From a virus (lineage: Duplodnaviria > Caudoviricetes), in the IMG/VR virus record IMGVR_UViG_2516653005_000001, positions 36,993-100,992 of that record: a DNA stretch of 64,000 nucleotides, one strand, 5' to 3'. A program made the position numbers and the translations under genes. Positions 35,092 through 44,461 of the stretch are shown in pieces. The notes below the pieces were generated by a model, which worked only from the letters and a program-made list of their open reading frames with translations, did no database searches and was not told the DNA's origin. Numbering within the stretch: position 1 is the first letter of the stretch; the number at the start of each line of letters is the position of its first letter.

Positions 35092-35844
35092 ATGCAAGGC
35101 TTTGTGTTTTATCGAGGCCCTTCACAGATCGACGGCAAGCCGATCGTAGGCATTGCGACAGGCCTGATGAGCGGCGGCTTCAACACCAAGACCGGCAACA
35201 TGGTCCAGACCTACATCATGAGGTCGGACATCAACCCGGTCCAAGCCGTGCATACTGGCGACGACTATTCGGTGTGCTTCGACTGTCGTCATCGAGGGTC
35301 AGTCGTCGAAGATGGCAACGCCACGAGGAACGTAGGCCGGTCCTGCTACGTCACCCTCTTCCACGGACCGCGTGTGGTCTTCAACGCATTCCAGCGTGGT
35401 GTATACGCCGCCGTCGAGCCGGTGCGGGCTCGTAGCCTTCTAGCCAGGCGGAGCGTTCGAGTCGGCTCCTACGGAGATCCTGGAGCCATTCCATCGAGCG
35501 TCTGGCAGACCATCCTGGGCAAGGTCAAATTCCTCAGCGGCTACACCCATCTCTGGGAACGGCGCCCAGAGCTCGCCGAGTTCTGCATGGCCTCCTGCGA
35601 CTCCGAAGAGGAGCGTAACCGAGCCAAAGCCCTTGGTTTCCGCACCTTCCGCGTGCGCTCGCCCGACGACCCTAAGCTCAGCGGCGAAGGGCACTGCCCA
35701 GCATCGCACGAGATGAACAAGGCAATCCAGTGCGCGGACTGCCTGCTCTGCGGCGGAGCCCGCTGTGGCGGAAAGGCAGACATCACCATCATCGCCCACG
35801 GCGTGGGCGCTTCAAACTTCACCCGCCAGAACATGGCTTCTTGA
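35092..35844 (+). CDS. Cys-rich conserved phage protein
   Basis: YRGPSQIDGKPIV...NTKTG...C..C...CYV...RVGSYGDP...GYTH...C..C..C. Confidence 0.8.
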   Translation: MQGFVFYRGPSQIDGKPIVGIATGLMSGGFNTKTGNMVQTYIMRSDINPVQAVHTGDDYSVCFDCRHRGSVVEDGNATRNVGRSCYVTLFHGPRVVFNAFQRGVYAAVEPVRARSLLARRSVRVGSYGDPGAIPSSVWQTILGKVKFLSGYTHLWERRPELAEFCMASCDSEEERNRAKALGFRTFRVRSPDDPKLSGEGHCPASHEMNKAIQCADCLLCGGARCGGKADITIIAHGVGASNFTRQNMAS

Positions 35845-35853
35845 GGCAAATCA

Positions 35854-36039
35854 ATGCCCGATCCTGCTTGGAAGAACGTTGTTGTTCTTGATCGCGCGGC
35901 GTTCGATACGGATGTTGAGACCGACGAACTGCTGCTTGTGACACTCGGCCAGAGACGATTGTCGAACCACCACGACAGCGACTATCGTAAACCCGAGGAT
36001 TTCGATTGTGATGGATATGATGCGCCGGACTTTGCATAA
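35854..36039 (+). CDS. Acidic hypothetical protein
   Basis: GAGG RBS. Confidence 0.5.
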   Translation: MPDPAWKNVVVLDRAAFDTDVETDELLLVTLGQRRLSNHHDSDYRKPEDFDCDGYDAPDFA

Positions 36040-36071
36040 AGACCCAGCGTTTCGTCCGAGTCGGAGGATAA

Positions 36072-36266
36072 GTGACGCAGAAGAATGATCAAAGCCTTTA
36101 CTACGTGAAGTCTCTCAAGAGCCCTGGGCCGAAGTGGCACACCGTGTCGGACCCTGTCACCAGGACAGAAGCCGCTCCGATCGTTGAAGGCCAATGGAAG
36201 CAAGGGCACTACACCCGGCTCTTCCCCGCCGAAGAACCGGCCAAACAGAAAACAGGTGTGAAATGA
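36072..36266 (+). CDS. Hypothetical protein
   Basis: GGAGGA RBS. Confidence 0.6.
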   Translation: MTQKNDQSLYYVKSLKSPGPKWHTVSDPVTRTEAAPIVEGQWKQGHYTRLFPAEEPAKQKTGVK

Positions 36267-36595
36267 AACGTGCAGTTCTTGCGGCAGGCATCATGCTTGC
36301 CGCAATTTCTGCGGCTCGTGCCGAGCTGCCATCCGATGTCCGACTTTTTGCCATCGCCTATTTTGTCGAGAGCGAGTGTGTCGGCATGAAGGTCGACAAG
36401 GACGCGCTCAACACCGTCCTAAATGGCGTTGGCTTCACGAACTCACGACTGGATGAGAAGCGCTTTCTCGACGCCGTGCAGGCGACACTCGTGACACTCT
36501 CCAAGGACGTCAAGCAGTCTTGTTCGATCGCTTGGAAGCGGTTTGGGCCCGACGGAACAACGGTCCAAGGTATTGTCGTGGAGGCGAACCGGTAG
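36263..36595 (+). CDS. Exported protein with signal peptide
   Basis: MKRAVLAAGIMLAAISAARA; two cysteines. Confidence 0.7.
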   Translation: MKRAVLAAGIMLAAISAARAELPSDVRLFAIAYFVESECVGMKVDKDALNTVLNGVGFTNSRLDEKRFLDAVQATLVTLSKDVKQSCSIAWKRFGPDGTTVQGIVVEANR

Positions 36596-36694
36596 CTCGA
36601 CAAAGTGCGCGCAATGGCTGCTCCCGGTCTAGGCGCCGTTGCGCACACTGACCTGTACCGCTAGCTTGGATTACCACCAACTAGCGAGATTATC

Positions 36695-37012
36695 GTGGCC
36701 AAACCATCTACACGAAGCCCATCGCGAAAGTTCCTGTCTGGGACCGACTTCCGGACGTGGAGGGTTTCACGCGGTCTTACGCTCGCTGAAGTCGCCGACT
36801 GGCTAGGGCTCACAATTCCGGCGATAGCAGCATATGAAAAGCGCGGAGCCACTAAGGCAGTTGCCCTCGCGCTGTCGGCTGTCGACAGAGGGCTCCAGCC
36901 CTATAAGCCGACCGATTTAGATCAGGAAGCCGCCAAGAAGGACGTCTCAACGAAGTCCAAGGTCAAGGCAGGAAATGAACGAGCAACAAAGCGCCCAGTC
37001 CGAAAAACATGA
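36695..37012 (+). CDS. XRE/Cro-like HTH protein
   Basis: FRTWRVSRGLTLAEVADWLGLT...YEK. Confidence 0.8.
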   Translation: MAKPSTRSPSRKFLSGTDFRTWRVSRGLTLAEVADWLGLTIPAIAAYEKRGATKAVALALSAVDRGLQPYKPTDLDQEAAKKDVSTKSKVKAGNERATKRPVRKT

Positions 37013-37376
37013 AGCCGCGCCGGCTACCTTCCCTCACCAGCCACTAAACGCCCGCTTCCGCGACCGTATCCCGTCAATTGTGGAACAGATCGCCATGGCC
37101 GGATATCGGGTGGACCAGCCGCTCAACGAGGCGAAGGTCGCGCTCGAGGAATTTCGAGACTACCTATCATTTGAAATCGCGAAGATCGACCTCAAGATCA
37201 AGCGAGATGAATGGGAGTCTCGGGTCGATCCCGCGCAGTTGGAGATCGATAAGGCGTGGCTCTCCGAGCTTCAGAAATTGAAGGAAGAGTTCACGCCCGA
37301 TCAGATCATGTCGTCACGGAAGACGATGTCGGATCTTACGGACAAGATCACAAAGGTGTTGTGCGGTCGCGATTGA
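36975..37376 (+). CDS. Hypothetical protein
   Basis: 133-aa ORF. Confidence 0.65.
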   Translation: MNEQQSAQSEKHEAAPATFPHQPLNARFRDRIPSIVEQIAMAGYRVDQPLNEAKVALEEFRDYLSFEIAKIDLKIKRDEWESRVDPAQLEIDKAWLSELQKLKEEFTPDQIMSSRKTMSDLTDKITKVLCGRD

Positions 37377-38054
37377 TTACGTCCGCACAACGGCCAAGAC
37401 AATCGCCAGCTCTGAGACCTTATCGAAGTTGATCTCTTCGTCAGGCTTCATCGGCATCGTCTTGGACAGCTTCAGCCCGGTCGAATTGATGCTGGCCAGA
37501 GCGCGGACGCGCGAACGTCCTTCCTTGTCGATCACGATAACGAGGTCGCCGAGCACCGGATCGCGCCGCTTCGATGCGAACAGCAAACTGCCGGCCTTAA
37601 TCCAGGGCTCAAGCGTATCGTCCGGCATGTAGCAAGCAAACAACGTGTCGTCGCCATCAAGCTGCGGGATCGCAGGCACGAAGGACTCGCGCTTGTTGTT
37701 CGAGGGAGCCTGGATAGCCGCCGGCAGGGATGAGATGTAGCGAACCTCGACGCTGAGCGCGCGATATTGACGGGACCGACGTCCGCTGGGCGCGTCCTCA
37801 GGGACCTCCGGAGCCTCCATAGAACCAGCGCCCATGGCCTCACTGACCTTGCGAGGGATCGGATAGCCGGAGGCTTCAGCGATCTTCTGCAAGGTCCTCA
37901 GCGTTGGGATGTACTGATGCTTCGGGTCGTTCATGAGACGAAGGATAGTCGAAGGCGCAAGGTCCGCCTTCCTGGCTAAATCCGTACCGTTCCAATTCTT
38001 GCGCTGAAGAATGTGGTCGATCCATTCAATAACGGCGTCCCTGGGATTTGCCAT
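37377..38054 (-). CDS. CI-like repressor (HTH plus degenerate S24-like domain); start uncertain
   Basis: TDLARKADLAPSTILR...PTLRTLQKIAEA; C-terminal MPDDTLEPWIKAG...GDLV. Confidence 0.75.
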   Translation of the reverse strand: MANPRDAVIEWIDHILQRKNWNGTDLARKADLAPSTILRLMNDPKHQYIPTLRTLQKIAEASGYPIPRKVSEAMGAGSMEAPEVPEDAPSGRRSRQYRALSVEVRYISSLPAAIQAPSNNKRESFVPAIPQLDGDDTLFACYMPDDTLEPWIKAGSLLFASKRRDPVLGDLVIVIDKEGRSRVRALASINSTGLKLSKTMPMKPDEEINFDKVSELAIVLAVVRT

Positions 38055-38250
38055 GTTCCCCGCATTTTCCAAAGTCATGTCGAGTCCTATAATTCTAAGC
38101 ATGAGTAAACGAGTCGTCGGAGGCATGCACCTCCAACGGTTGTATTATCTCGTTCTTCTTGCTTTCGAATTGCCGAACATGATCTTTTGCTCTTATGCTA
38201 ACGACCAACTAGCGCGAGCAAAAAACAAATGCAAGTGAAAAAATGGCGAA

Positions 38251-38847
38251 TCAACCGGTCTTTTGGGTGGACTGCATAAGCCGCATGAGCTGTTTGAACT
38301 CGGGCGTATTCACCCCAGCATAGATGATTGCACACGCATCGGCTGCGTGTTCGTTGTCGTCGTGCAAATCACCTGCATTCCGAGACTTCGTGCCCTTCTT
38401 GGACGAGGATGCGTAGCGCTTCCACTCAAGGTCAGGATAGAGGCCGGCGGCCCACGAGATGATCTCCGGCTTGGTCGCAGTCTTTGACCCAACCGACGCG
38501 AGCTTAGTTTCCAGCGGCATCACCTGAATGACCGGCGCATGGCAAGAAGCCAGCACGCCAAGGGCTACGCCGAACCCCAACGCAGACCTCGCATGCTGCG
38601 CTCCTGAAGGAATTTCCGCGAACAGAACATCGCAGTCGTCCACCTCTTCATGCATCGCCTCGAACAGCTCTGTAGCCCGGCGAAGGTCATCGGAGTTCTT
38701 GCGGACCGTCTTCTCGGTCCTAGGCTCCGTTTCGATGGTTCTGATGCGGTCGACGACGATACCGCCAGTGTCCGTCTCAAACGTTGCCCTCGCAACGCCA
38801 AAATGTGCAAACGCCGGATCGAGACCGGCGACGCGAATAATTCCCAT
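38251..38847 (-). CDS. ruvC: RuvC-like Holliday junction resolvase
   Basis: VAGLDP..AHFG, FAE, TKLA..G...ATK.EI, NEHAADA. Confidence 0.85.
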   Translation of the reverse strand: MGIIRVAGLDPAFAHFGVARATFETDTGGIVVDRIRTIETEPRTEKTVRKNSDDLRRATELFEAMHEEVDDCDVLFAEIPSGAQHARSALGFGVALGVLASCHAPVIQVMPLETKLASVGSKTATKPEIISWAAGLYPDLEWKRYASSSKKGTKSRNAGDLHDDNEHAADACAIIYAGVNTPEFKQLMRLMQSTQKTG

Positions 38848-38975
38848 AAAACAACACCTAGTGCGTATTCCGCCAGGCCGTTCAATTTGCAGCGGCTTGA
38901 CTGTTTGTTTGCATTCAAGCTAATACGCCAATTCCGCATTGCGGGTCAACCTCAGCCACCAAGAAGAAAATACCA

Positions 38976-39779
38976 ATGAGTCACAGAGCACTGTCGTGGG
39001 CCTGCAATCTCGTCCGGGAAGAGGTCTCGACGTCGAAAAAGCTGATCCTGCTGATCATGGCGAACTTCGCCAACGACTCTGGAGAGATGTTCATCAAGCA
39101 GTCGACGCTGTCGGCTATGACCGGCCTCGTCCGGAGCACCGTTGCTCGGCTGATCTCCGAGATGGAGAAAGACGATATCCTGTCGATCACCAGGAGAAGC
39201 CACGCTAACGGCGGCCAGCGATCGTCGGTCTACAAGCTGAACCTGGATCTTCCGTCGACCCGTCAGATCGACGACGACGAGATCACCCTCATCCCGGATG
39301 AGACTCCGGCTGTTGAGCCAGACCACACGTCGTCTACGACTACACCCCCTGTCGTCGAGGGAAACACCCCCTGTCGTACAGAACGACACCCCCTGTCGCT
39401 CAGCACGACACCCCCTGTTTCACAAAACGACACCTTGATACAGAACCTAGATACAGAACAAGATACCAAGGAAGATAATGATCGACCAACGCAGTCGCGG
39501 GTCGATCCGTGGCCGTCCGACGCCTTCGAACGCTTCTGGCAGATGTATCCCAACAAGGTCGGGAAGATCGCTGTCAAGAAGAAGTTCGACATGATCAGGC
39601 GCGATGGAGAGGTCGAATTTTCAGACTTGATGGCAGGTCTTCGCGCCTACGTCCGTAAGCGTGACGACAGGCCGTGGTGCAATCCCCTCACCTGGCTCAA
39701 CCAAGGCCGGTGGGACGACAAGCCGTTCGTCATGTCGCGATCGGAAGAGATCCGATCAAGGCGGAACGTCGCGATCTAG
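38976..39779 (+). CDS. Replication initiator (N-terminal wHTH, internal iterons)
   Basis: KLILLIMANFAN...QSTLS..TGL.RSTV; FERFWQMYPNKVGK; NPLTWLNQGRWDD. Confidence 0.85.
   Translation: MSHRALSWACNLVREEVSTSKKLILLIMANFANDSGEMFIKQSTLSAMTGLVRSTVARLISEMEKDDILSITRRSHANGGQRSSVYKLNLDLPSTRQIDDDEITLIPDETPAVEPDHTSSTTTPPVVEGNTPCRTERHPLSLSTTPPVSQNDTLIQNLDTEQDTKEDNDRPTQSRVDPWPSDAFERFWQMYPNKVGKIAVKKKFDMIRRDGEVEFSDLMAGLRAYVRKRDDRPWCNPLTWLNQGRWDDKPFVMSRSEEIRSRRNVAI
39342..39471 (+). repeat. Replication origin: 22-bp-period iterons plus A-rich GATACAGAA repeats
   Basis: ACACCCCCTGTCG at 39342, 39364, 39386; variant at 39408; partial at 39430. Confidence 0.88.
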
Positions 39780-39791
39780 CCGGAGAACCGG

Positions 39792-40121
39792 ATGGATGTT
39801 TTCAACGAGGCGGCGCGGCTGGGGATCAAGCTGCGCCGGCAGAGCTACGGCAATCAGTACACCACCTGTCCATTCTGCTCAGAACACAGAAAGGCGTCAC
39901 ATCGAAAGCTGAAATGCCTGAGCGTCAAGATCGACTCTCAAGGCCTTGTCTACAACTGTCATCATTGCGGCACGACTGGAGCTATCAACGATAATGCTAA
40001 GCGAAGCCCACACGAGGGGGATCGAGGAAAGAGGACTGAGCGTCGAGCTGGCGGCGGATATGGGTCTGCACAGCGGGACGCTCTTGCGAGATGGGTCCAT
40101 CGTTCCGGACCCCAAGGGTAA
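39792..40121 (+). CDS. Primase zinc-binding domain as a separate ORF
   Basis: GGAGA RBS; TTCPFCS...CLSV...YNCHHCG. Confidence 0.8.
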   Translation: MDVFNEAARLGIKLRRQSYGNQYTTCPFCSEHRKASHRKLKCLSVKIDSQGLVYNCHHCGTTGAINDNAKRSPHEGDRGKRTERRAGGGYGSAQRDALARWVHRSGPQG

Positions 40122-41547
40122 TGTCCTCTGCATCCCATATTTCGAGCGCGACGAGGAGGTCAACACCAAGTACCGCTGGCGTGAAGACGGCCAGAGGATG
40201 TTCCGGCAGCGCAAGAACGCTGTGAAGACGGTTTACAACGCGAACATCCTGCTCAACGACGAGACGCACCGTGAGCTGCAATGCGACACCGCTTCCCTGA
40301 TCTGGGTCGAGGGCGAGTTCGATTGCCTTGCATCGATCGAGAGCGGCTTTCCGCACACCATCTCGGTTCCGGACGGAGCGCCGCCAGCCCGTGACAAGCT
40401 CGGCCGGCTGATCCATGTGCCGGACGACGACCACGACATCGACCCCGAGGACGACGACAAGTTCTCGTTCATGGGCCGGCTGATGGAACGCATCATGCTG
40501 GTCAAGACGCACATCATCGCTACCGACAATGACGAGCCCGGCCGGCGATTGGCGAAGGAGCTGGTGCGCCGCATCGGCGCCGCTCGCTGCCGGTTCATCA
40601 CCTATCCGACTGACGAGGTCGTGCCGGTCGCCGGCAAGAAGCGGACGTTCCGCGCCCCGAAGGATCTGAACGAGGTCAAGAAGTACCTCGGCGTCGAGAA
40701 GGTGCGCGAGATCATCGAGCTGGCGAAGCCGTGGCCGATCCGTGGTCTCTTCAAGCTGTCGGACTATCCCGAAGTGGATATGCCGACGATGCTGGAGACT
40801 GGCATCAGCAAGATGCTGGACGAGAAGATGAAGATCTATCCCGGCCAGTTCATCGTCTGCACAGGCATTCCCAACTCGGGAAAGTCGACTTTTATCAACC
40901 AGGTCTCGGTCAGCATGGCCGAGCGCCACAAATGGCCGCAGGCCATCTTCTCTGGCGAAAAGCTCGTCAAGCCGTTCCTTGCGAACGAGCTGATGACAGC
41001 GTTCCTGAAGAAGCCGATCGGCAGTTGGACATCAGAGGAGGCGCAGAGGGCAAGAGCATTCGTTGAACGATACTACCGGTTCATCGACTACGATGAACAG
41101 GGCGACGATGTCGAGATGGACCTCGATTTCGTGCTCGATAAGGCGGCGACAGCAGTCTTCCGGGACGGCGTGAGGATGCTGATCATCGATCCCTGGAACG
41201 AGCTCGAACATCGCCGGTCAACCACAAAGTCGCTCACTGAGTACACTGGCGACGCTATCCGGAAGATGAAGAGGTTCGGCAAGAAGTTCGAATGCGCGGT
41301 CGTTGTTGTCGCTCACCCGACGAAGATCGATCCCAAAACGATCCCAGGCCTCTACAACATCTCGGACTCGGCGCACTGGAGTAACAAGAGCGATCTTGGC
41401 ATCGTCGTCCACGGAGAGGATCACGAGAACACGGAAAGGCAAATCTACATCAACAAAGTACGCTTGAGACGGATCGCGGGTGATCTTGGTGTCGTCGATC
41501 TCCAGTTCGATACCACCACGAACCTATTCGTCGATCCAGATTTTTGA
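39994..41547 (+). CDS. T7 gp4/Twinkle-like primase-helicase lacking its Zn domain
   Basis: KYR, WVEGEFDCL, SVPDGA, ATDNDEPG, KDLNE; TGIPNSGKST, IIDPWN, VAHP, SDSAHW. Confidence 0.92.
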   Translation: MLSEAHTRGIEERGLSVELAADMGLHSGTLLRDGSIVPDPKGNVLCIPYFERDEEVNTKYRWREDGQRMFRQRKNAVKTVYNANILLNDETHRELQCDTASLIWVEGEFDCLASIESGFPHTISVPDGAPPARDKLGRLIHVPDDDHDIDPEDDDKFSFMGRLMERIMLVKTHIIATDNDEPGRRLAKELVRRIGAARCRFITYPTDEVVPVAGKKRTFRAPKDLNEVKKYLGVEKVREIIELAKPWPIRGLFKLSDYPEVDMPTMLETGISKMLDEKMKIYPGQFIVCTGIPNSGKSTFINQVSVSMAERHKWPQAIFSGEKLVKPFLANELMTAFLKKPIGSWTSEEAQRARAFVERYYRFIDYDEQGDDVEMDLDFVLDKAATAVFRDGVRMLIIDPWNELEHRRSTTKSLTEYTGDAIRKMKRFGKKFECAVVVVAHPTKIDPKTIPGLYNISDSAHWSNKSDLGIVVHGEDHENTERQIYINKVRLRRIAGDLGVVDLQFDTTTNLFVDPDF

Positions 41548-41611
41548 TTTTGCGCTTGCATGAATGCAAACCGCATGCTAGTGCAAACGACGAAACAGGA
41601 GAGAAAGCTGA

Positions 41612-42247
41612 ATGGCTTCAATCAACAAAGTGATCCTGCTGGGACGGGTCGGTAAGGACCCCGAAATCAGGTCGGCTGGCGACGTATATGTCGCCAACTT
41701 CTCGGTCGCCACGTCGGAGACCTGGAAGGATAAGCGCTCGGGTGAGCGTAAAGAGAAGACCGAGTGGCACAATATCGTGGTGTGGAACGAGGCCACGATC
41801 AACTTCATCGAGCAGTACGTCAAGAAGGGCGATCAGGTCTACATCGAAGGCCAGCTGCAGACGCGCTCGTGGGAGGAGAAGGACACTGGTGCCACCCGAT
41901 ACACGACCGAAGTCGTCGTCCCCGCCTTCGGCGGAAAGGTCGAGCTCAACATCTCTAACGACAGCGGTGGTCGTCGTGATGACGACGATGCTGACGATCG
42001 CGGTCGCGGTCGATCTTCTTCGCGCGGCGGCGGTCGTAGTCGTGACGATGACGATGGTGATGATCGCGCTGAGCGTTCGTCGTCCCGCAGCAGCCGTCGC
42101 GGTAGCGAGGACAGTGGTCGCGGCTCTTCTCGTGGTCGCGGGCGTGACGATGAAGGCAGCTCTGGCGGTCGCTCCGGTGGTCGCACGGCTGATCGCGGCA
42201 AGGGCCGCAGCGTCAAGGACGACCTCGACGACGACATCCCGTTCTAA
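41612..42247 (+). CDS. ssb: Single-stranded DNA-binding protein
   Basis: INKVILLGRVGKDPE, TEWH, EGQLQTRSW, DDDIPF tail. Confidence 0.97.
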   Translation: MASINKVILLGRVGKDPEIRSAGDVYVANFSVATSETWKDKRSGERKEKTEWHNIVVWNEATINFIEQYVKKGDQVYIEGQLQTRSWEEKDTGATRYTTEVVVPAFGGKVELNISNDSGGRRDDDDADDRGRGRSSSRGGGRSRDDDDGDDRAERSSSRSSRRGSEDSGRGSSRGRGRDDEGSSGGRSGGRTADRGKGRSVKDDLDDDIPF

Positions 42248-42280
42248 GGCCTAACGATACTCCGTGGTGGAGCAAGTAAG

Positions 42281-42324
42281 GGGGCGCCCGGTTAGTGGCG
42301 TGTATGGGCGCCTCCTTTGATTTT
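42281..42324 (+). terminator. Probable terminator
   Basis: GGGGCGCCC/GGGCGCCTC stem followed by T-rich tract. Confidence 0.5.
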
Positions 42325-42361
42325 CCGTTTGTTCAAATGCAAATCGAACAGGAGACTACAG

Positions 42362-42598
42362 ATGATCGACGATAACATCGATACCGTGGACTTCGGCCTG
42401 GCTCCGAGAGCGCAGACCACCTCCCCGAGCGAAGGCGCTGGCCCGTCAATCGCGGATTTCCTCGCCGAGCTCGCCGAACAGGCTCGCGAGGCGGCTAAGG
42501 CGGCGCAGGTCGCTCAGCTCGGCAACATCATCGAGACGATGACGACGGTCGTCGGCATGTACACGGCGATGGTCGGCGACACTCAGTTCGAGGGCTGA
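42362..42598 (+). CDS. Hypothetical protein
   Basis: AGGAGA RBS. Confidence 0.65.
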   Translation: MIDDNIDTVDFGLAPRAQTTSPSEGAGPSIADFLAELAEQAREAAKAAQVAQLGNIIETMTTVVGMYTAMVGDTQFEG

Positions 42599-42601
42599 GC
42601 A

Positions 42602-42946
42602 GTGCCCGCGAGAACCGTCCTGGACATCGGCCCTGGCGCTCTCGCTGAATACTACGAGTGGATCAAGAACGCCTCTCATGGAGACGTTCTGGTCTACTGG
42701 AAGGGAGACCTTCAGTTCGAACGGCAAATCCAGATCAGCGAATACGACTTGGCACGTAGCCAGCGGCGCATGGAAATCTCCGTTCTGAACGTGATCGCCT
42801 CCCGAGTATTCGACGACGCAAAGGCTGGCCTTGTCAGCCTGACGCAGAAGCGTTTGAGCGACGGCATCTACGAATACCGTGCCACTCGCCTTCGAACCCA
42901 ACCCGTATCGGCTCCTGTGAACGATGATCAACTCGAATACGCATGA
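42602..42946 (+). CDS. Conserved hypothetical protein
   Basis: W..NA..GD.LVY..G.L...GLV.LTQKR...YEYRA. Confidence 0.7.
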   Translation: MPARTVLDIGPGALAEYYEWIKNASHGDVLVYWKGDLQFERQIQISEYDLARSQRRMEISVLNVIASRVFDDAKAGLVSLTQKRLSDGIYEYRATRLRTQPVSAPVNDDQLEYA

Positions 42947-43508
42947 GCGCCGAACTTTAGCGATGAGCTGGCTCGCCCATGGTGGCGAGCTGGCTCGCGC
43001 CCTCAAAGGTGAGGAAGCGCGACATCGTGACGTGATCTGGATGCTTCTGACTGAGGCGGTCGAGACAATAGACAAGCTTCCGGATCAAGAACGCCGATGG
43101 CTCTCCTCTGGGGCTCGATCCGGCGGCTGGAACATGGTCGGCATGTCAATTGCCGATCTGAAAGAGCTTGAGCGCATTCGCCTCCTGTCGGCAATGAAGC
43201 CATACGACGGCTCATCTCGCGCATCTTTTGCGACACACGACATCGACCGTGCTTTGGGCGTCATGGAATGGCTGCGCTGGTGCAATCGCGCGGCTCAACC
43301 AGAGCCGCTGAAAAAGGCTGCTGTCGTTTTGGCTCGGGGCGGCGATCAGGAAATCGTCCACAAGGTGTACTGCCCGAACCGAAAACCAAACCGACAGAAC
43401 GTTCACGAGATCAAGACGCGGACGACCGGCTTCATCATCACCGGACTGCGCGAGGATCTCTCGATCATCCCAGGTGAAGGCGTCACATTCGAAGAGGTCC
43501 ATTTTTGA
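42924..43508 (+). CDS. Hypothetical protein, possible transcription regulator
   Basis: LTEAVETI..LPD and A..DIDR...VMEWL pattern. Confidence 0.6.
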   Translation: MINSNTHERRTLAMSWLAHGGELARALKGEEARHRDVIWMLLTEAVETIDKLPDQERRWLSSGARSGGWNMVGMSIADLKELERIRLLSAMKPYDGSSRASFATHDIDRALGVMEWLRWCNRAAQPEPLKKAAVVLARGGDQEIVHKVYCPNRKPNRQNVHEIKTRTTGFIITGLREDLSIIPGEGVTFEEVHF

Positions 43509-43747
43509 GTCAGAGAACGCTTGATGCTTACGCCGAGTTTTCGGCTGCCACAAAGGCCTTCGAAGCCTACATCAAGGCCTATGAGGCCGAGATAATCCTC
43601 GGTTGTCGCGACCCGTCTCGCCGTCACCTCGTTGAGACCAGGAGACAGGCCGTCATGGCTGCGGCCGAAGCGATTACCGACCGCTTGTTCAACCTCACCA
43701 TCTCTCGCATGCGCGACGATGGGATCGAACCAGTTGGTGCCGAGTGA
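43505..43747 (+). CDS. Hypothetical protein
   Basis: Coupled ORF. Confidence 0.6.
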   Translation: MSQRTLDAYAEFSAATKAFEAYIKAYEAEIILGCRDPSRRHLVETRRQAVMAAAEAITDRLFNLTISRMRDDGIEPVGAE

Positions 43748-44437
43748 ATGCGTGAAATCGTCTTCGACACAGAGACGACAGGTCTCGACAAGAAAAAGGA
43801 CAGGGTCATCGAGGTCGGATGTGTCGAACTGGTTGACCTAGTTCCCACGGGAGAGAAGCTGCACCTTTACATCAATCCGCAGTACCCGGTGTCGAAGGAA
43901 GCCTTTGCAGTCCACGGCTTGTCTAACGCATTTCTTCGCGGCAAGCCGATCTTCTCCCGCGTAGCAGACTCTATTCTGGACTTCTTCGGCGACGATCGAC
44001 TGGTTGCACACAATGCTCCGTTCGACATCGGATTTCTGAATGCGGAGCTTGGCCGGCTCGATATCCCTCCGCTTCGAAACGAGGTTGTCGACACTCTGGC
44101 TTTGTCGAAGCAGCTTCGGCCAGGTGCCCGGCACACGCTCGATGCGCTCTGCTCTGCCTTCAACGTGGACCGATCGCACCGAACGCTTCACGGCGCTCTG
44201 CTCGACTCCGAGTTGCTGGCGGAGGTCTACGTCGAACTATGTGGTGGGCGGCAATTCCACATGGGACTGCAAGAGAGGCCGCCCGAACTCAAGATCGAAC
44301 GTCGCGACATCCGGCCGCGACGAAAGCCACTCAAAAGCAGGCTCTCAGACGAAGAGCTGCAAGCCCACTTAGCCTTCATCGACAGCCTCGGAGACAAGGC
44401 TGTGTGGAGGCAGTACCGCACCCCATCGATTGCTTGA
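43748..44437 (+). CDS. dnaQ: DNA polymerase III epsilon subunit
   Basis: FDTETTG, AHNAPFD, HGALLDSELLAEVY; C-terminal ELQAHLAFI...W. Confidence 0.95.
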   Translation: MREIVFDTETTGLDKKKDRVIEVGCVELVDLVPTGEKLHLYINPQYPVSKEAFAVHGLSNAFLRGKPIFSRVADSILDFFGDDRLVAHNAPFDIGFLNAELGRLDIPPLRNEVVDTLALSKQLRPGARHTLDALCSAFNVDRSHRTLHGALLDSELLAEVYVELCGGRQFHMGLQERPPELKIERRDIRPRRKPLKSRLSDEELQAHLAFIDSLGDKAVWRQYRTPSIA

Positions 44438-44461
44438 TTGCAAAGGTCCGCCACAATGCAA

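Noticed and set aside
41960-42220. Repetitive sequence in ssb
   Set aside because: Ordinary low-complexity Gly/Arg/Ser/Asp linker before the DDDIPF tail
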